Source: Rebecca billardiae RCC1528
Taxonomy: Eukaryota; Protista; Haptophyta
Reading direction: 5' to 3'
Length of the DNA: 64,000 nucleotides
NCBI GenBank assembly: GCA_965240325.2
Contig: OZ251229.1
Location: forward strand, 2,046,001-2,110,000
The notes under the pieces are model-generated. The model was given only the letters and a program-made list of their open reading frames with translations, searched no databases and had not been told where the DNA came from. Each line of letters opens with the position of its first letter. Position 1 is the stretch's first letter. Below are positions 1 to 13,179 of the stretch, piece by piece. Both the position numbers and the translations under genes were made by a program.

Positions 1-3000
1 GCCGCCGGCTGTGCAGGCGAAGGGCCGGCCCACGGTGGCGGCACTGGCGCCGGCGTTGGCAGCGGGGCGGCAGGCATCGGAACGGAGCTCTGCGGCTGCG
101 GCTGCAGGGAGGGCTGCGGCTGCGGCGAGGCTTGCGGCGATGGTGAGGTCTGCGGCTGCGGCTGTGGTGATGGCGGCAGCTGCAGCGGCGGTGGCGGCGG
201 CTGCGGCTGCGGCAACGGCGACGGCGGCAGCTGCAGCTGCGGCGGCGGTGCCGGCACCGGGACGGGCGCGGGCGTCTCGGGCAGCGGCGTGCGCCTCAGG
301 CTCTCGATCTGCGCGTGCACCTCCTCCAGCAGCCTCAGCTGCTCCCGATGGCGGATGTCCTCCAGAGCCGAGCGCGCCTCCAGCTCGCGCGCCAGCTTCT
401 GCGTCTCGCGCTCGCTGTCGTCGCGCAGCGCCGCGCGCTCCGTCTTCGCCGCGATCTCGAGCTCCTCCAGCTTCTTGAGGGCGGCGAGGGCCTCGGCGGC
501 GCCGGCCGAGTCGGGCTCGGCGGCCGCGCCGAGCCGTGCGCGGCCCATCCAGCTCGGCGTGGCAGCGGGTTGGCTCTCCGGGCCGTCACCACCGCCGCCG
601 CGGGCAGCCGGGCTCGCGGGTGACGACAGGTCTGCTGCGCGCGCGGCGGACTCGACGGCGCGCGGCTGGTGGCTGGATGCGGCGGAGGTGCGCGGCGAGC
701 GGTGCCTGGGCGAAGCGGGCTTGGCCGCCGCCGGCAGCAGCGCAGGCGAGGGGGGCGCGGACGGCGTGCGCCGCTGCGATGCGAGGGGTGACTCCCTGTG
801 CGAAGCGGCGGCGTGCTGCGGCGATGATTGCACGCTCACGCGCGGCGCAGAGCGCGGCGCAGGGTGCGGCGGCAGCGGCTGCACCGGCGGCATGCCGGGC
901 ACGATGCTGCTCACAATCGTGATACGCGACATCCCGTCCGCCCGAACCTCCACGCCCGGCCGACCGTGCAGCTGCAGCCGAGCCAGCGGCTGCGGGCCGA
1001 AGCGCGCGACCGGCACAGAGCCGCCGCCGCCCTCGCTCGTGGCGAGAGGGAGCAGCACCCAGCCCAGCGCGTCGTGCGGCTTGTGCACGTCGTGGTCCCA
1101 CACCTCCACCCGGATCGCCTCGTCCCCGCTCGCGAGCGGCAGCGCGATCCCGTCCGCCCACGACGGGTTGAGCGTATTGTCCCGGCGCGCGGTCTCGACG
1201 GTGATCTCGCTCGGCAGTGCGACCAGCCGGACGTAAGGGTCGGAGAGCGAGCGCGCGTCTCGGTTCATCAGCTTGACGCACGAGATCGAGTGGAACGCCA
1301 CGTAGCGCGGCGCGTCCGGCGGGAGGGCGTCGGGCTGCGGCTGCGGCTGCGGCGGCTGCGGCTGCGGGTGTGGGTGCGGGTGCGGCTGCTGCGGCTGCTG
1401 CTGCGCGGGCGCCGCCGGTCCACGCGCCGGTGACGGTGCCTCAGCAATCTGCGCTCTCCCGTCGCCATTGGCGAGCGGCACGTCGGCTGACGGGGACTGT
1501 TCCTCGCTCGTGGGCGAGTGCGCGCTGCGCGAGGCCACTGCCGAATTCGGCTGCTGCACGGCCGGCACGCTCTCGGCCTCCACACGTGCGCTCCCGAGTT
1601 TTCCATTCGGGCTGGGAGCGGAGCGCGTAGCCCCGATGATGCGCGGCTTCGGCGGCGACGCGGACGGCTGCGGGGGCGGCGCGCGCAGCGGGCTGGGCGG
1701 GTGCTGCATCGCGCGCTCGGTGCGCACGAGCGCGAAGAGCAACGCCGTCGCCACGATCTTCGCCACCGCCAGATCCGATCTGGAGAACGCGATCTCGTCC
1801 GATGCGTACAGGAGCTGCAGCGCGCCGCGCGGTCGCCCGTCCTGGTCCTCCTGCGGCCGCGCTGCCGCGACCGCGCCGCCGAGCGGCAGAGAGATGGACG
1901 CGCCCGGGAGCAGCTCGTTGGGGTGGGCCGCGTCGATCCGAACCTCGATGCCCTCCTCGTAGCACCGCCGCGCCACCGCGGTCACGATCGGCGGCGGCAG
2001 CTGCAGCCCGCTCCCCTCTGCTCCCAAGTGTGCCCCGACGAGCGCGAGCCGAGACTGGCCGCCTCCGCCCGCGCCGCGCGCGCCGGGCGAGGCGAAGTCG
2101 GCGGAGGGCCTGATCGCGTAGAGCAGCGCGGCGTCGGCGCGCGCCACCTCGGCCACGGCCGCGAGTGCCGGCGCCCACGCGGCCGACTCCGCCTCAGGCC
2201 CGGCGGCGCGCGGCGGCGCAGTCGCGCCGACTAGCATCACGGCATGCAGCAGCTCAGGCAACAGCGAGGCCTGCTCTGCGAGCTCGGCCGGGAGCGGGGC
2301 GAGGCTGGCGCGTACCGCCTCGCGGGCTGCGTCCGCGTCCGGCACGTCGCGGATTGCGCGCGCGAGTGCGGACAGCACGCCGCTCAGCTCGTCCGATTCG
2401 TCAGCGCCGCCACCCTCTGCGGCGGCGCCGCCACCGCCGCCGGCGTGTGCAGGCGCGACATGGCCGGCACGCCGGGCCTCGGCGGCGGAGCCGGGACGGA
2501 GCTGCGCGGCAGAGGTGGGGCTGCGCGCACGCGTCGAGCTCGCCGAGATCGCCGAGCCCGTCGCGCCCGCGCTGCGCGGCAGGAAGACCTGCGTCCCGTT
2601 GGTCAGCCACGCGCTGTGGTGCGTGCGCGGCAGCTGCGAGCTCGCGCTCGTCGGCGAACGCGGGTGTGTGACTGGCCAGATGCCCCGCGCCGCCGCCGCG
2701 TCCCGCTCCGCTCGACTGCGCGCGCCTCTCCGTGGCGCATGCGTGCCGCGCGCCGCTCGCGCGCTCGCAGGCCGCGCGCCCACGGCCGCTCTGCCGGAGG
2801 CGCGGGAATCCGGGCGGCGGTGCGGCGAGGTGCTGCGCGGACGCTCGCTGTAGATGCCAGCCGGGTACGCAGGGCCATCCTCTGGCGCTGCCGTGCCGAT
2901 GCCGTACTTCTCGTCGAGCGCCTGCGCGTGCGCGGCAGCACGTGCGACGGGCGTGCGCGCGCGCGCGAGCGCCAAGGTCGGGCCGGGACAGGGCGTGCGG

Positions 3001-3104
3001 GGCGCGAGGGCGCATTGCATGGCGCAAGGGAGTACATGCCGCATCCGCACCTGCAGCCGCGCCTCTAGCTCCCGATCGAGGCCTTGTGCGCCACGCGCCA
3101 GCAT
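1..3104 (-). CDS. Protein with GAF-like and C2 domains plus a coiled-coil/low-complexity C-terminal part; 3' end lies outside the window
   Basis: One minus-strand frame gives ALDEKY (~2921), a GAF-like segment (ARRCYEEGIEVRID..ISLPLG..PRGALQLLY..FSRSDLAVAKIVA, ~1740-1990) and a C2 motif (LMNRDARSLSDPYVRL..TARRDNTLNPSW..IRVEVWDHD..DALG, ~1045-1310). Putative first exon 3104-3051 with a GT-AG intron at 3050-2922; the start is less certain. Confidence 0.7.
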   Translation of the reverse strand, partial: MLARGAQGLDRELEARLQVRMRHVLPCAMQCALAPRTPCPGPTLALARARTPVARAAAHAQALDEKYGIGTAAPEDGPAYPAGIYSERPRSTSPHRRPDSRASGRAAVGARPASARAARGTHAPRRGARSRAERDAAAARGIWPVTHPRSPTSASSQLPRTHHSAWLTNGTQVFLPRSAGATGSAISASSTRARSPTSAAQLRPGSAAEARRAGHVAPAHAGGGGGAAAEGGGADESDELSGVLSALARAIRDVPDADAAREAVRASLAPLPAELAEQASLLPELLHAVMLVGATAPPRAAGPEAESAAWAPALAAVAEVARADAALLYAIRPSADFASPGARGAGGGGQSRLALVGAHLGAEGSGLQLPPPIVTAVARRCYEEGIEVRIDAAHPNELLPGASISLPLGGAVAAARPQEDQDGRPRGALQLLYASDEIAFSRSDLAVAKIVATALLFALVRTERAMQHPPSPLRAPPPQPSASPPKPRIIGATRSAPSPNGKLGSARVEAESVPAVQQPNSAVASRSAHSPTSEEQSPSADVPLANGDGRAQIAEAPSPARGPAAPAQQQPQQPHPHPHPQPQPPQPQPQPDALPPDAPRYVAFHSISCVKLMNRDARSLSDPYVRLVALPSEITVETARRDNTLNPSWADGIALPLASGDEAIRVEVWDHDVHKPHDALGWVLLPLATSEGGGGSVPVARFGPQPLARLQLHGRPGVEVRADGMSRITIVSSIVPGMPPVQPLPPHPAPRSAPRVSVQSSPQHAAASHRESPLASQRRTPSAPPSPALLPAAAKPASPRHRSPRTSAASSHQPRAVESAARAADLSSPASPAARGGGGDGPESQPAATPSWMGRARLGAAAEPDSAGAAEALAALKKLEELEIAAKTERAALRDDSERETQKLARELEARSALEDIRHREQLRLLEEVHAQIESLRRTPLPETPAPVPVPAPPPQLQLPPSPLPQPQPPPPPLQLPPSPQPQPQTSPSPQASPQPQPSLQPQPQSSVPMPAAPLPTPAPVPPPWAGPSPAQPA

Positions 3105-3298
3105 GGCGCACGATGGCACCGAAACCCTTGAGAATAAGAAACGACGCGCGAATCGCTCAATCGCCCATCGGTGCGTGCAAAGGAATAGTGCGTGCCTCGT
3201 CTGTGCATTGGATGAGCAACCGCCCAAGGTGGTCAGCACCTCCGGAAGCCACTGGGCGCAGGAATTTCGGGTGGGGATTTTCTTTTCCGAATAAGTTG

Positions 3299-5170
3299 AC
3301 ACACTTTATACTATGAAAAGTCGATGACGGGTAGCCGTTCCCGAATTATTGCAGGCGCACACGCGACACTAGGAGGAGGCGGTTTAGGGTAAACACAAGC
3401 CGCCAGCGCACACAAGAGCGTGGAATCAGGTTAGGGTGTGGACATAGAAAAGTCGCACGCCCGTGAGCGCACAAGCGATCCGATCAGGAGGCGGTGTAGG
3501 GTATCGCCAGCCGCCAGCGCACATACGCTCTGGAATCGGGTTCAGGGTCGGTCATAGGCTCAGGGTCGGTCATAATGCTGCACAAGGACGTGACGAGCAA
3601 GACGTAACCGATATATTTTGTACCCACTGCGCGACAATGACGCGCTCTGAACTTCACACGACTCCTAGGCTACCCGAGATCGGACCAGATCGGTGCGCAA
3701 GGGCGTTCCAGCGACACAGATTCGCATCTCCCGCCCTGGATGGCGCAATTCCATAGGAGAAGGTATGAAAACACAAATGGCGTTTCGGCCACATGCAACA
3801 CGACTCGCAAATGCACGTTCCGACTCCGCCTCATCAGCGGCAGCGCGCGCAAAAAACGCTCGGCGAGCCCTCGGCGAGCCCGAGCGAGCGAGACCCGTGG
3901 GCGACTGCTGCTCGCCCCCGACGCTGTCTGCATGGCCGCGCCCCGTCGCCGATAGCACCACGCCCGATGCACGCCGATACGTGCATCGAGCTGGGCCTGA
4001 CGGCAGCATTGCCGTCTAGAGGGGTCAGAGCCCCACTGTGGGGTGTGTGGCCCAAAATCCAACTTTCTGCCGTCTTGAGACGAGGCTCTCAAACTTCGGG
4101 ATGTCAATATTCGCCTGAAATGACCTGGGGTCACGCTGATAAGTTTTGCGAAAAAATGTCACATACTGGAGATATACGACCTCAATCTCGACGCGATCTC
4201 GGCAACATTAGTAGGGGAGATATACGATCTCCAAGGTGATCTCGCTATTTGCACCAGAATCGCACCGGCTAGATCACATTTTGGCAGTCTGAAATTGGCA
4301 CAGGCGGATTCTACACCCTGGAATTAGGCCTAAACGAACTTAAACGGACTCAAACAGTTATAAATAGAGGAGATATTTCATATTTCGAGATTTCGGGAGA
4401 TTGTGTCACTCGGGAGTGTAACGGTCGGAGCTCTGACCCCACTAATTGCCGTCACCGCCGGCCTCCGTCCGCGGCGCCGCACCGCGGAGCTTCTCGGCTC
4501 CGCGCCATCGGAGTAGCGGAGATGCACTATCCTCGAGTGGTGCAGATGACGTCGACGAGGACTCGCCACTGGTGCGCGCTCTGGGCCAGCGCGCGGGGCT
4601 CGCGCTGCGCGTGTTCCTCGCTAGCCTCCCGTGCGCGGCGTCACGGCGTGCGCCGCCGTCGGACCTGCGGCTGCTCGAGATCGTGTACGAGGCCGCCTGT
4701 CTGGGCCGACCGCGTTCCAAGCTCTTCCCGCCCGACGCGCGCCGACTCGACACCAGCCGGCTGCGCAGGCGGATCCGCGATCTGGAGGCGAGCATGAGGC
4801 GCCACGATGAGAACCATCGCACAGCTCTCCGTGACGCGATCTGGCAGCCGGACCTGATCTGCATCACACGGGCGCCGACGCCAGCGTCTCCAAGATTGCC
4901 GGCCGGGATTTCATCATCTGCGCCGCCGTGCTCGGTGGGTCGATCGGCGGGCCCATCGGCATCATGCTCGGCGAGCACGCCGCGCTCGGCGAGTCGGTCG
5001 AGCGCGCCGCATGCCGAGGCGTGCGGATCCTCCGAGCGGTGCTGCTCGCGCCAGTCCGGCCGGCGGCTCGCCACGGCCGAGGTGTGCGCGGACACGCTGG
5101 TGCCGCCGCCCCTCGTACCGCCCGGTCCTGCCGCTGCGGCCGCCTCTTCGGCGGACGAGCCGCGCGGCGC
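3299..5170 (+). mobile_element. Diverged partial copy of the element at 11340-14717 (opposite orientation)
   Basis: Start acacactttatactatgaaaagtcgatgacgggtagccgtt is the reverse complement of the sequence ending at 14717. ORF 4446-5363 aligns with ORF 11517-13061 (DSPLVRALG..PPSDLRLLEIVYEAAC..ALRDAIWQPDLI). Confidence 0.75.
4017..4444. mobile_element. MITE, 428 bp, TAG...CTA termini, 9-bp TSD
   Basis: TIR tagaggggtcagagc / gctctgaccccacta. TSD attgccgtc at 4008-4016 and 4445-4453. Absent from the paralogous site near 13020. Confidence 0.85.
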
Positions 5171-6368
5171 GGGGGCGCAGCGAGTCCGGTGCGGCTGTCG
5201 TACGGGTCGAGCGCGAGCGCCGAGTCGCAGCCCCGCGCGCGCCGCGCCGCTGGCGCCGGGTCGCCCGGGGGAGAAGGCGCAGCTGCAGTGCTCCTCTGCC
5301 ATCACGCGATCCGCCGGCAGAAAGACCAGACTTTGCGTCTGGCGGCTGTCTGAGGGTAGCTAGACCATGCCTGCACAGTGTCATGCGGCGTTCAGCGCCC
5401 AAAGGCGCCCTGACTGGCCGCAGGGCGCCCTCAGCGGACGCCGTCAACTTTGCTTCCATACGAAGCAAAGTGAACTGCGGTAAGGGGATAATGCAGCCTG
5501 ACGCGCCAGCATGGCGCACGATGGCACCGAAACCCTTGAGAATAAGAAACGACGCGCGAATCGCTCAATCGCCCATCGGTGCGTGCAAAGGAAAACAGCG
5601 GGGGCCTAGCGGCCTTTTCCCGGTGGGGCTGGTCGAACACAGCGCGTCTAGGACGCGACGGAGAAGCTTGCCAGGGCCGGCAGACCCGACGACGATGAGA
5701 CGAGTTGGCCGTTCAGCGCTGACTAACGGTATCATCCAAGCTGCCGCGTCTTCGCGCGTCGCGTGTGCGATTTAGCCATTAGCCAGGTGCGGCAGCGTGG
5801 CTCTCCCAGTTCTGCAAGGCCCACCGAGGCGCCAGCGAGGCGCGCGTCGATGCAGTCGATGCAGTCGTCGCTGCGCACGGCCGCTCGGGCACGGCGGCAC
5901 GGCAACGGCACGCACCGATCACGCCGTGCGTGCGCGCGTCGGCCATCGACGCGTGGTAGTCGTGCAGCAACTGCAGTCCGCACGTCGTGCGCGCTGCTGC
6001 CGCCGGACGCCCAGATGGCGCGCGACCGCGTCGGTCGCGGCGGCCTCGCGCGCCGCGCGCGGTTCGGCTCGACGCGCGGCGTGACCCTCGCGGCGCTCCG
6101 CGTTGCGCGCCTCGTCCACGCCGTTCAGCGTGCTCGCCAGCCGCGCTGCGCGAGGCACGCGTCGAGCGCTGCCGGCGTCTCGCAGTTTGGGTGCGAGGCC
6201 GCGGGCGCGCGCGCGCCGGGGGGCGTGGCCTCGTGCGGGTGCACGGCCAGGCGCGCCAGGTCCGTACCGTTACCGTATTGTATAGGCGGTATGAACTGGG
6301 TAAGAAGGGGGTACCGCTAAGATCGCCGCCAGATTTGTGGGAATCGCAACGACATCTCTATGCGGCGC

Positions 6369-6466
6369 GCGCAAAAATTAACCACATGCGCTTCGATTCC
6401 CGAGGCGTGCCCTAATTGGCGCAAAAATTAACCAAGTGCGTTCTCGATTCCCGAGGCGTGCCTAAT
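6369..6466 (+). repeat. Two tandem ~50-bp units
   Basis: gcgcaaaaattaacca..tgcg..tcgattcccgaggcgtgcc(c)taat occurs twice. Confidence 0.75.
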
Positions 6467-7118
6467 CAAAAAACGTTTGAGGCCCCATTCTTCGTATTCC
6501 TACTCCGGTATTACTCTCCCCATCAGTACGTCACACACAATTAAAGGGGGTCGGAGCTGGGTCTCCCAGGGCTTTCTCACGAATTAAACTTGTTTAAAGC
6601 TGTGTTCACCAGAATAGTGCGTGCCTCGTCTGTGCATGCGCCAGCCGCCGCCAGCAAGCCAGCTGAGCAGAGCGGCAAGCGCGCACGCGGCCGCGCAGGG
6701 CACACGGGGACGACTACATCACCGCCGGATCACCCGCCAGGGCCCAGCGGCTGAGACGGCCGTCTGACATCCGGACCTGCACCCTCGCCCTCGCTCGGGG
6801 CACAGCAGGTCCATGCGAGCCGCGCAGCGCAGGTGGATCGCGCTCCAGCAGCTCAAGGCCGCGCTCAAGCCATTCGATCGCGGTTCAGGCTATGCTCTGC
6901 CACCAGCGCCGACTTCGTGTCGTCGACGATCGGGCACTGCCGACGACGAATCAGGAGACCTGCGCCGTCCTACCTGTGTCGTTAAATCATAGAATGAGTC
7001 TACGACTCCCTCACCCGCGGCCAACGCGCTCCGACATCCTCCATTAACTCCATTCAGTACTTCGACAGACGAATCAGGAGAGCTGCGCCCTCGTGCCTGT
7101 GTCTTTAAATCATAGAAT

Positions 7119-8237
7119 TAGTCTAGTTCAGGGATTCACCCGGACTGCTCGTGAAACGCACCAACACCGGTCGGTGTTGGTTAGCTGGGCGCATGGCTGC
7201 CCTTGTGGTGCGCGGTGGCGACGAACATATGCCGAGCACGACGCCAAGACGGCCCGCGCACACCAGTAGAGACGGGCTAGTGGCGTCGTACGGCCCCAGC
7301 GTGCCCTACTGAGGCGCTTGAGCCGACATCCTGCGCCCAGTTGAGGCCGTACGTTCGTGCGGGCTCGTCTGCACACCCATCGCCGGTGTTGGTTCAAACG
7401 TGCGGGCGCGGCGCGATGTAGCACACCAAGGTGAGGGGTACTGTGGTGGGGGACGTGTTGGTGCGGTGCTGGCACGCACTCTCCTAGCGTCCTTTCCCCG
7501 CCAAAGCCTCCGAGCAAGTATGAGTACGCGGATTGACATGAAGGCTCACCAACTAGTCACCCGTCTTCACGTGTGCGGCCGCCATCTAGGCATGGGCGTG
7601 CTCGATATTTTGCGGACAAGGTGCGAGCGTGCTCGACCACAGGGAGTTAGACAAGCATAGTGCTGTGACATGCTCCTCGGTAGCTCTGCGACTTGTCAGC
7701 AGCAATGGCACGCGCGGCACGCGCCAAACAGGCTCACTGTGACGCAGCATGCAAGGCAGCATTCACAGCCATGAATAAATAACGAAATGGCCGAAACTGG
7801 TCTGTGTGGTGGTATAACCGTGAGCGAAGCCTTACTTGCGTGAATCTCCAGACCGATGGGTCGTACGACAAGGCCGAGCTAGGAGAGTGCGTGCCAGTAC
7901 CGCACCAACACGTCCCCCACCACAGTACCCCTCACCTTGGTGTGCTACATCGCGCCGCGCCCGCACGTTTGAACCAACACCGGCGATGGGTGTGCAGACG
8001 AGCCCGCACGAACGTACGGCCTCAACTGGGCGCAGGATGTCGTCTCAAGCGCCTCAGTAGGGCACGCTGGGGCCGTACGACGCCACTAGCCCGTCTCTAC
8101 TGGTGTGCGCGGGCCGTCTTGGCGTCGTGCTCGGCATGTGTTCGTCGCCACCGCGCACCACAAGGGCAGCCATGCGCCCCAGCGAACCAACACCGACGGT
8201 GTTGGCGGCTCCCGGACTTTTTCCCTGAACTAGACTA
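7119..8237. mobile_element. Foldback-type non-autonomous element with short outer TIR and ~330-bp inner inverted arms
   Basis: tagtctagttcaggga (7119-7134) / tccctgaactagacta (8222-8237). Arms ~7161-7488 and ~7878-8204 are reverse complements around a ~390-bp spacer. Confidence 0.75.
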
Positions 8238-9765
8238 TTGGATGAGCAACCGCCCAAGGTGGTCAGCACCTCCGGAAGCCACTGGGCGCAGGAATTTCGG
8301 GTGGGGATTTTCTTTTCCGAATAAGTTGGTGCCGGCCTGAGGCCGGCACCAACCTCTGCCGCTGGCGGCTGCACTGATGACAGCGCGCTGGGGGGCGCCG
8401 GAGGGCGAGATGGGCGCCGACTGCGCGCCCTCCTGCCGGTAGTTGCGTGCCCGCGAAGGCGGTGCGCGTGGTTGAGCGCGGCTGAAGAGCAGCCATTTGC
8501 GTCGTTCTGCCGCTCGCCGTTCGGAGTCACTGCATCCGCCGCGCCTCAGGCCATCGCGTGCGCCGCAACAACAAGGAAGTCGTGTGCATTCCTCGGCTGA
8601 CTGCACGCGTGCTGCGAGCAGCGGCGTCGGCGTCCGGCACTTGGTTGCACTGGGCAATGTCCAAGTACTTTATGCACGCGTCATCACTCGTAACAGTACG
8701 CTGCCTGGCATGCGCATCTGCACGGGTCACACAGCCGTCAAAAGGCATGATCGAGCATCACGCAGCGGTTGGCATCGACCTACGACGAGGGTCGTGTGAG
8801 CATGAAAAGCACTGACATGCGCCCTTCTGGATAGTGATGTAGTGAGCACATTCCCGCGTGAAAGAAGCGCGCGCCATTCAGGCACCGGACGCGGCCTCGG
8901 GGCTGGATGCTCACGTCTTGGGCAGGCTGATGCTGCCTTCCGGCTACACGGGTGCGTCCATCAAGGCTGACCGTGTGTGCGCGATGCGCACCGTGAAGTT
9001 CGACAGGAACGTCCAGGCGTGAGCTACTGCTTGACAAGGTAGTACACACATTCATACACGCGCCGTGTCATCCGAAGAGGCACATACACGCAGGCCATGG
9101 GCCTCGTTCAGGTATGTTTTGCATTGCACGCATGTATGTTTGTACTACCTCGGGCCAAGATTGACGTCGGAGCACGAGTCAGGGATGTCAGTGCCGAGGC
9201 GGAGCTGGACAAAAGTCACGTGTGCGGCGACTCCGCGCGAGCGCACATGCTGCGCGTCACCGCATATCAGCATGGCGTGCGCTGCAAGTGCAACGTCATC
9301 GTCGGGCCAGAGTGCTTGTTCGACCAATCGAATCAGTATGATGCAATCAGCACACCTGAGCGCAGCTGTTCGGACCCGCGCTCATGCGCGGCGGCGCAAG
9401 GCAGCGCAGTGTGTACAGTGTAGGCCTCGCCACGCGGAAGCGCATGCTCCGTGTTTGTCTCGCCTCGCATGGCGCACTCGGGCGAGGCTGGCCGTGTGGC
9501 GGTGTGCACAGACATGCTGGCCCGAGGCAAGTACAGCCGAATGCGATGCGCGGCGCGAAGCGGCGCATGGCACTTCAGCACGACTGCCCAGCCTAGCTCG
9601 CCGGCTCTGCGCTCGCGGGATCGTCCACACGCACGGGAGCGCGGCGCCGTCGCCCGCTCGCCCGAGACGCGCGTGGCCGCCGCGAAGCGCGCGGCTGAAT
9701 AAATGCAAGGCGGAAATAAAAAGCGCGCCGATTTTCTCCGACCCGGGGTGCCGTGTCCCCAGTGG

Positions 9766-11241
9766 AGACGGCGGGAGGCAAGATGGCGAAGAAACAGCCC
9801 CGGCGTCGCGTTCGCTCGAGGCTCGGAGGTCCGTGCGAGCCGACGGGGGCTCGAGCGGCACGGGGCGCACGTCTGGCGGGCAGACCATGCACGTGGGCCT
9901 TCCGAACCGCTCGCCGACGGCCTCGCTCCGCCGCTTCTCGCGCTCGCGAGCTGTGTCCGTGCGCGCGCGGTGGGCGGGCGTCGCGCAGCTCGACGCGAGG
10001 CGTCCACGGCGGATATTGGGCCCAGCTGGGCGCTCGAACGGCTTCGACGTGCGGGGCCGGTCATGTACGTGCGCGCGCGCGCGCCGGGGCCGTCCGGCGA
10101 CCTTGTGGTTGTGCTGCGGGAACGACGTCACACCCGGGCGGCACTGCGAGGTTCTGCGCGGGCCCATGTGCATGCATGTGCGCGAGGCGTGGGTGGGCTC
10201 GCGATGGCGGGGCGCGTTGGTCGAAGCTGCGCCATGGTCGTCGGCGCCGGCTAGGTGCCGTCGGGCGCGCGCGGCGGTCCATTCGGGGCCACGCGGGCCG
10301 CCGGGAGCTCGTGCGCAGCCGCTCGGCCAGATAGGTGGCCCCGGCGGCAGTCTGAACGAGGTCAGCACTTCACATTTCGACAAACTCCGCACCCCCGCTC
10401 GTGGTGGGCCACCATGCGGCGCACCAGGGGGTGCAAGCAAGCAGCCGTCCCGAGGAAACTGTTGGTAGGATTCGAAAATATTGTCGAAAATGTCGAAATA
10501 AGGGCTTTTTCAAGGATTTTCCGTATTATTTTCGAATCCTACCAACAGTTTCCTCGGGACGGCTGCTTGCTTGCACCCCCTGGTGCGCGGCATGGTGGCC
10601 CACCACGAGCGGGGGTGCGGAGTTTGTCGAAATGTGAAGTGCTGACCTCGTTCAGACTGCCGCCGGGGCCACCTATCTGGCCGAGCGGCTGCGCACGAGC
10701 TCCCGGCGGCCCGCGTGGCCCCGAATGGACCGCCGCGCGCGCCCGACGGCACCTAGCCGGCGCCGACGACCATGGCGCAGCTTCGACCAACGCGCCCCGC
10801 CATCGCGAGCCCACCCACGCCTCGCGCACATGCATGCACATGGGCCCGCGCAGAACCTCGCAGTGCCGCCCGGGTGTGACGTCGTTCCCGCAGCACAACC
10901 ACAAGGTCGCCGGACGGCCCCGGCGCGCGCGCGCGCACGTACATGACCGGCCCCGCACGTCGAAGCCGTTCGAGCGCCCAGCTGGGCCCAATATCCGCCG
11001 TGGACGCCTCGCGTCGAGCTGCGCGACGCCCGCCCACCGCGCGCGCACGGACACAGCTCGCGAGCGCTAGAAGCGGCGGAGCGAGGCCGTCGGCGAGCGG
11101 TTCGGAAGGCCCATGTGCATGGTCTGCCCGCCAGACGTGCGCCCCGTGCCGCTCGAGCCCCCGCCGGCTCGCACGGGCCTCCAAGCCTCGAGCGAGCGCG
11201 ACGCCGGGGCTGTTTCTTCGCCATCTTGCCTCCCGCCGTCT
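9766..11241. repeat. Long near-perfect palindrome: 715-bp arms, ~46-bp AT-rich spacer
   Basis: 9766-10480 is the reverse complement of 10527-11241 with few mismatches; the ORF track is mirrored across it. Confidence 0.92.
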
Positions 11242-11409
11242 GTTTCCGGAGGTGCCACCTTAAAAACCCACATTTGTAAGACCCCTTGGTTCACGGAATC
11301 ACGGCCCTTGCTCGGTTCGGGCTGCGCGGGGAACTTAATAAACAGTCAGACGCTCTGAATCGGCCCCCTCGCTCAGAGCGCTCTGAGCGAGGGGGCCCGA
11401 TCAGAGCTA

Positions 11410-13061
<1,652 letters not shown>

Positions 13062-13179
13062 CGGGCTTGGCTATCGGCGATCGGGCATGGCCATGCAGGC
13101 GAGCTCGGGGGCAAGCAGGCGCCCGCCTCTCGGGTGGGCGGCCCGGGCTTTTTTGAGTGCGCCGCCAGATGGACCCCAT

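Larger units (their letters stand above)
3093..5593 (+). repeat. 93-bp direct repeat (3093-3185 and 5501-5593)
   Basis: Identical acgcgccagcatggcgcacgatggcaccgaaacccttgag...gtgcaaaggaa at both positions. Confidence 0.9.

Noticed and set aside
9145-9345. Coding-like minus-strand fragment (LVEQALWPDDDVALAAH...)
   Set aside because: No recognisable domain or complete gene model.
9065-11263. Long mirrored ORFs across the palindrome
   Set aside because: Stop-poor GC-rich sequence with no recognisable motifs; the mirroring follows from the inverted repeat.
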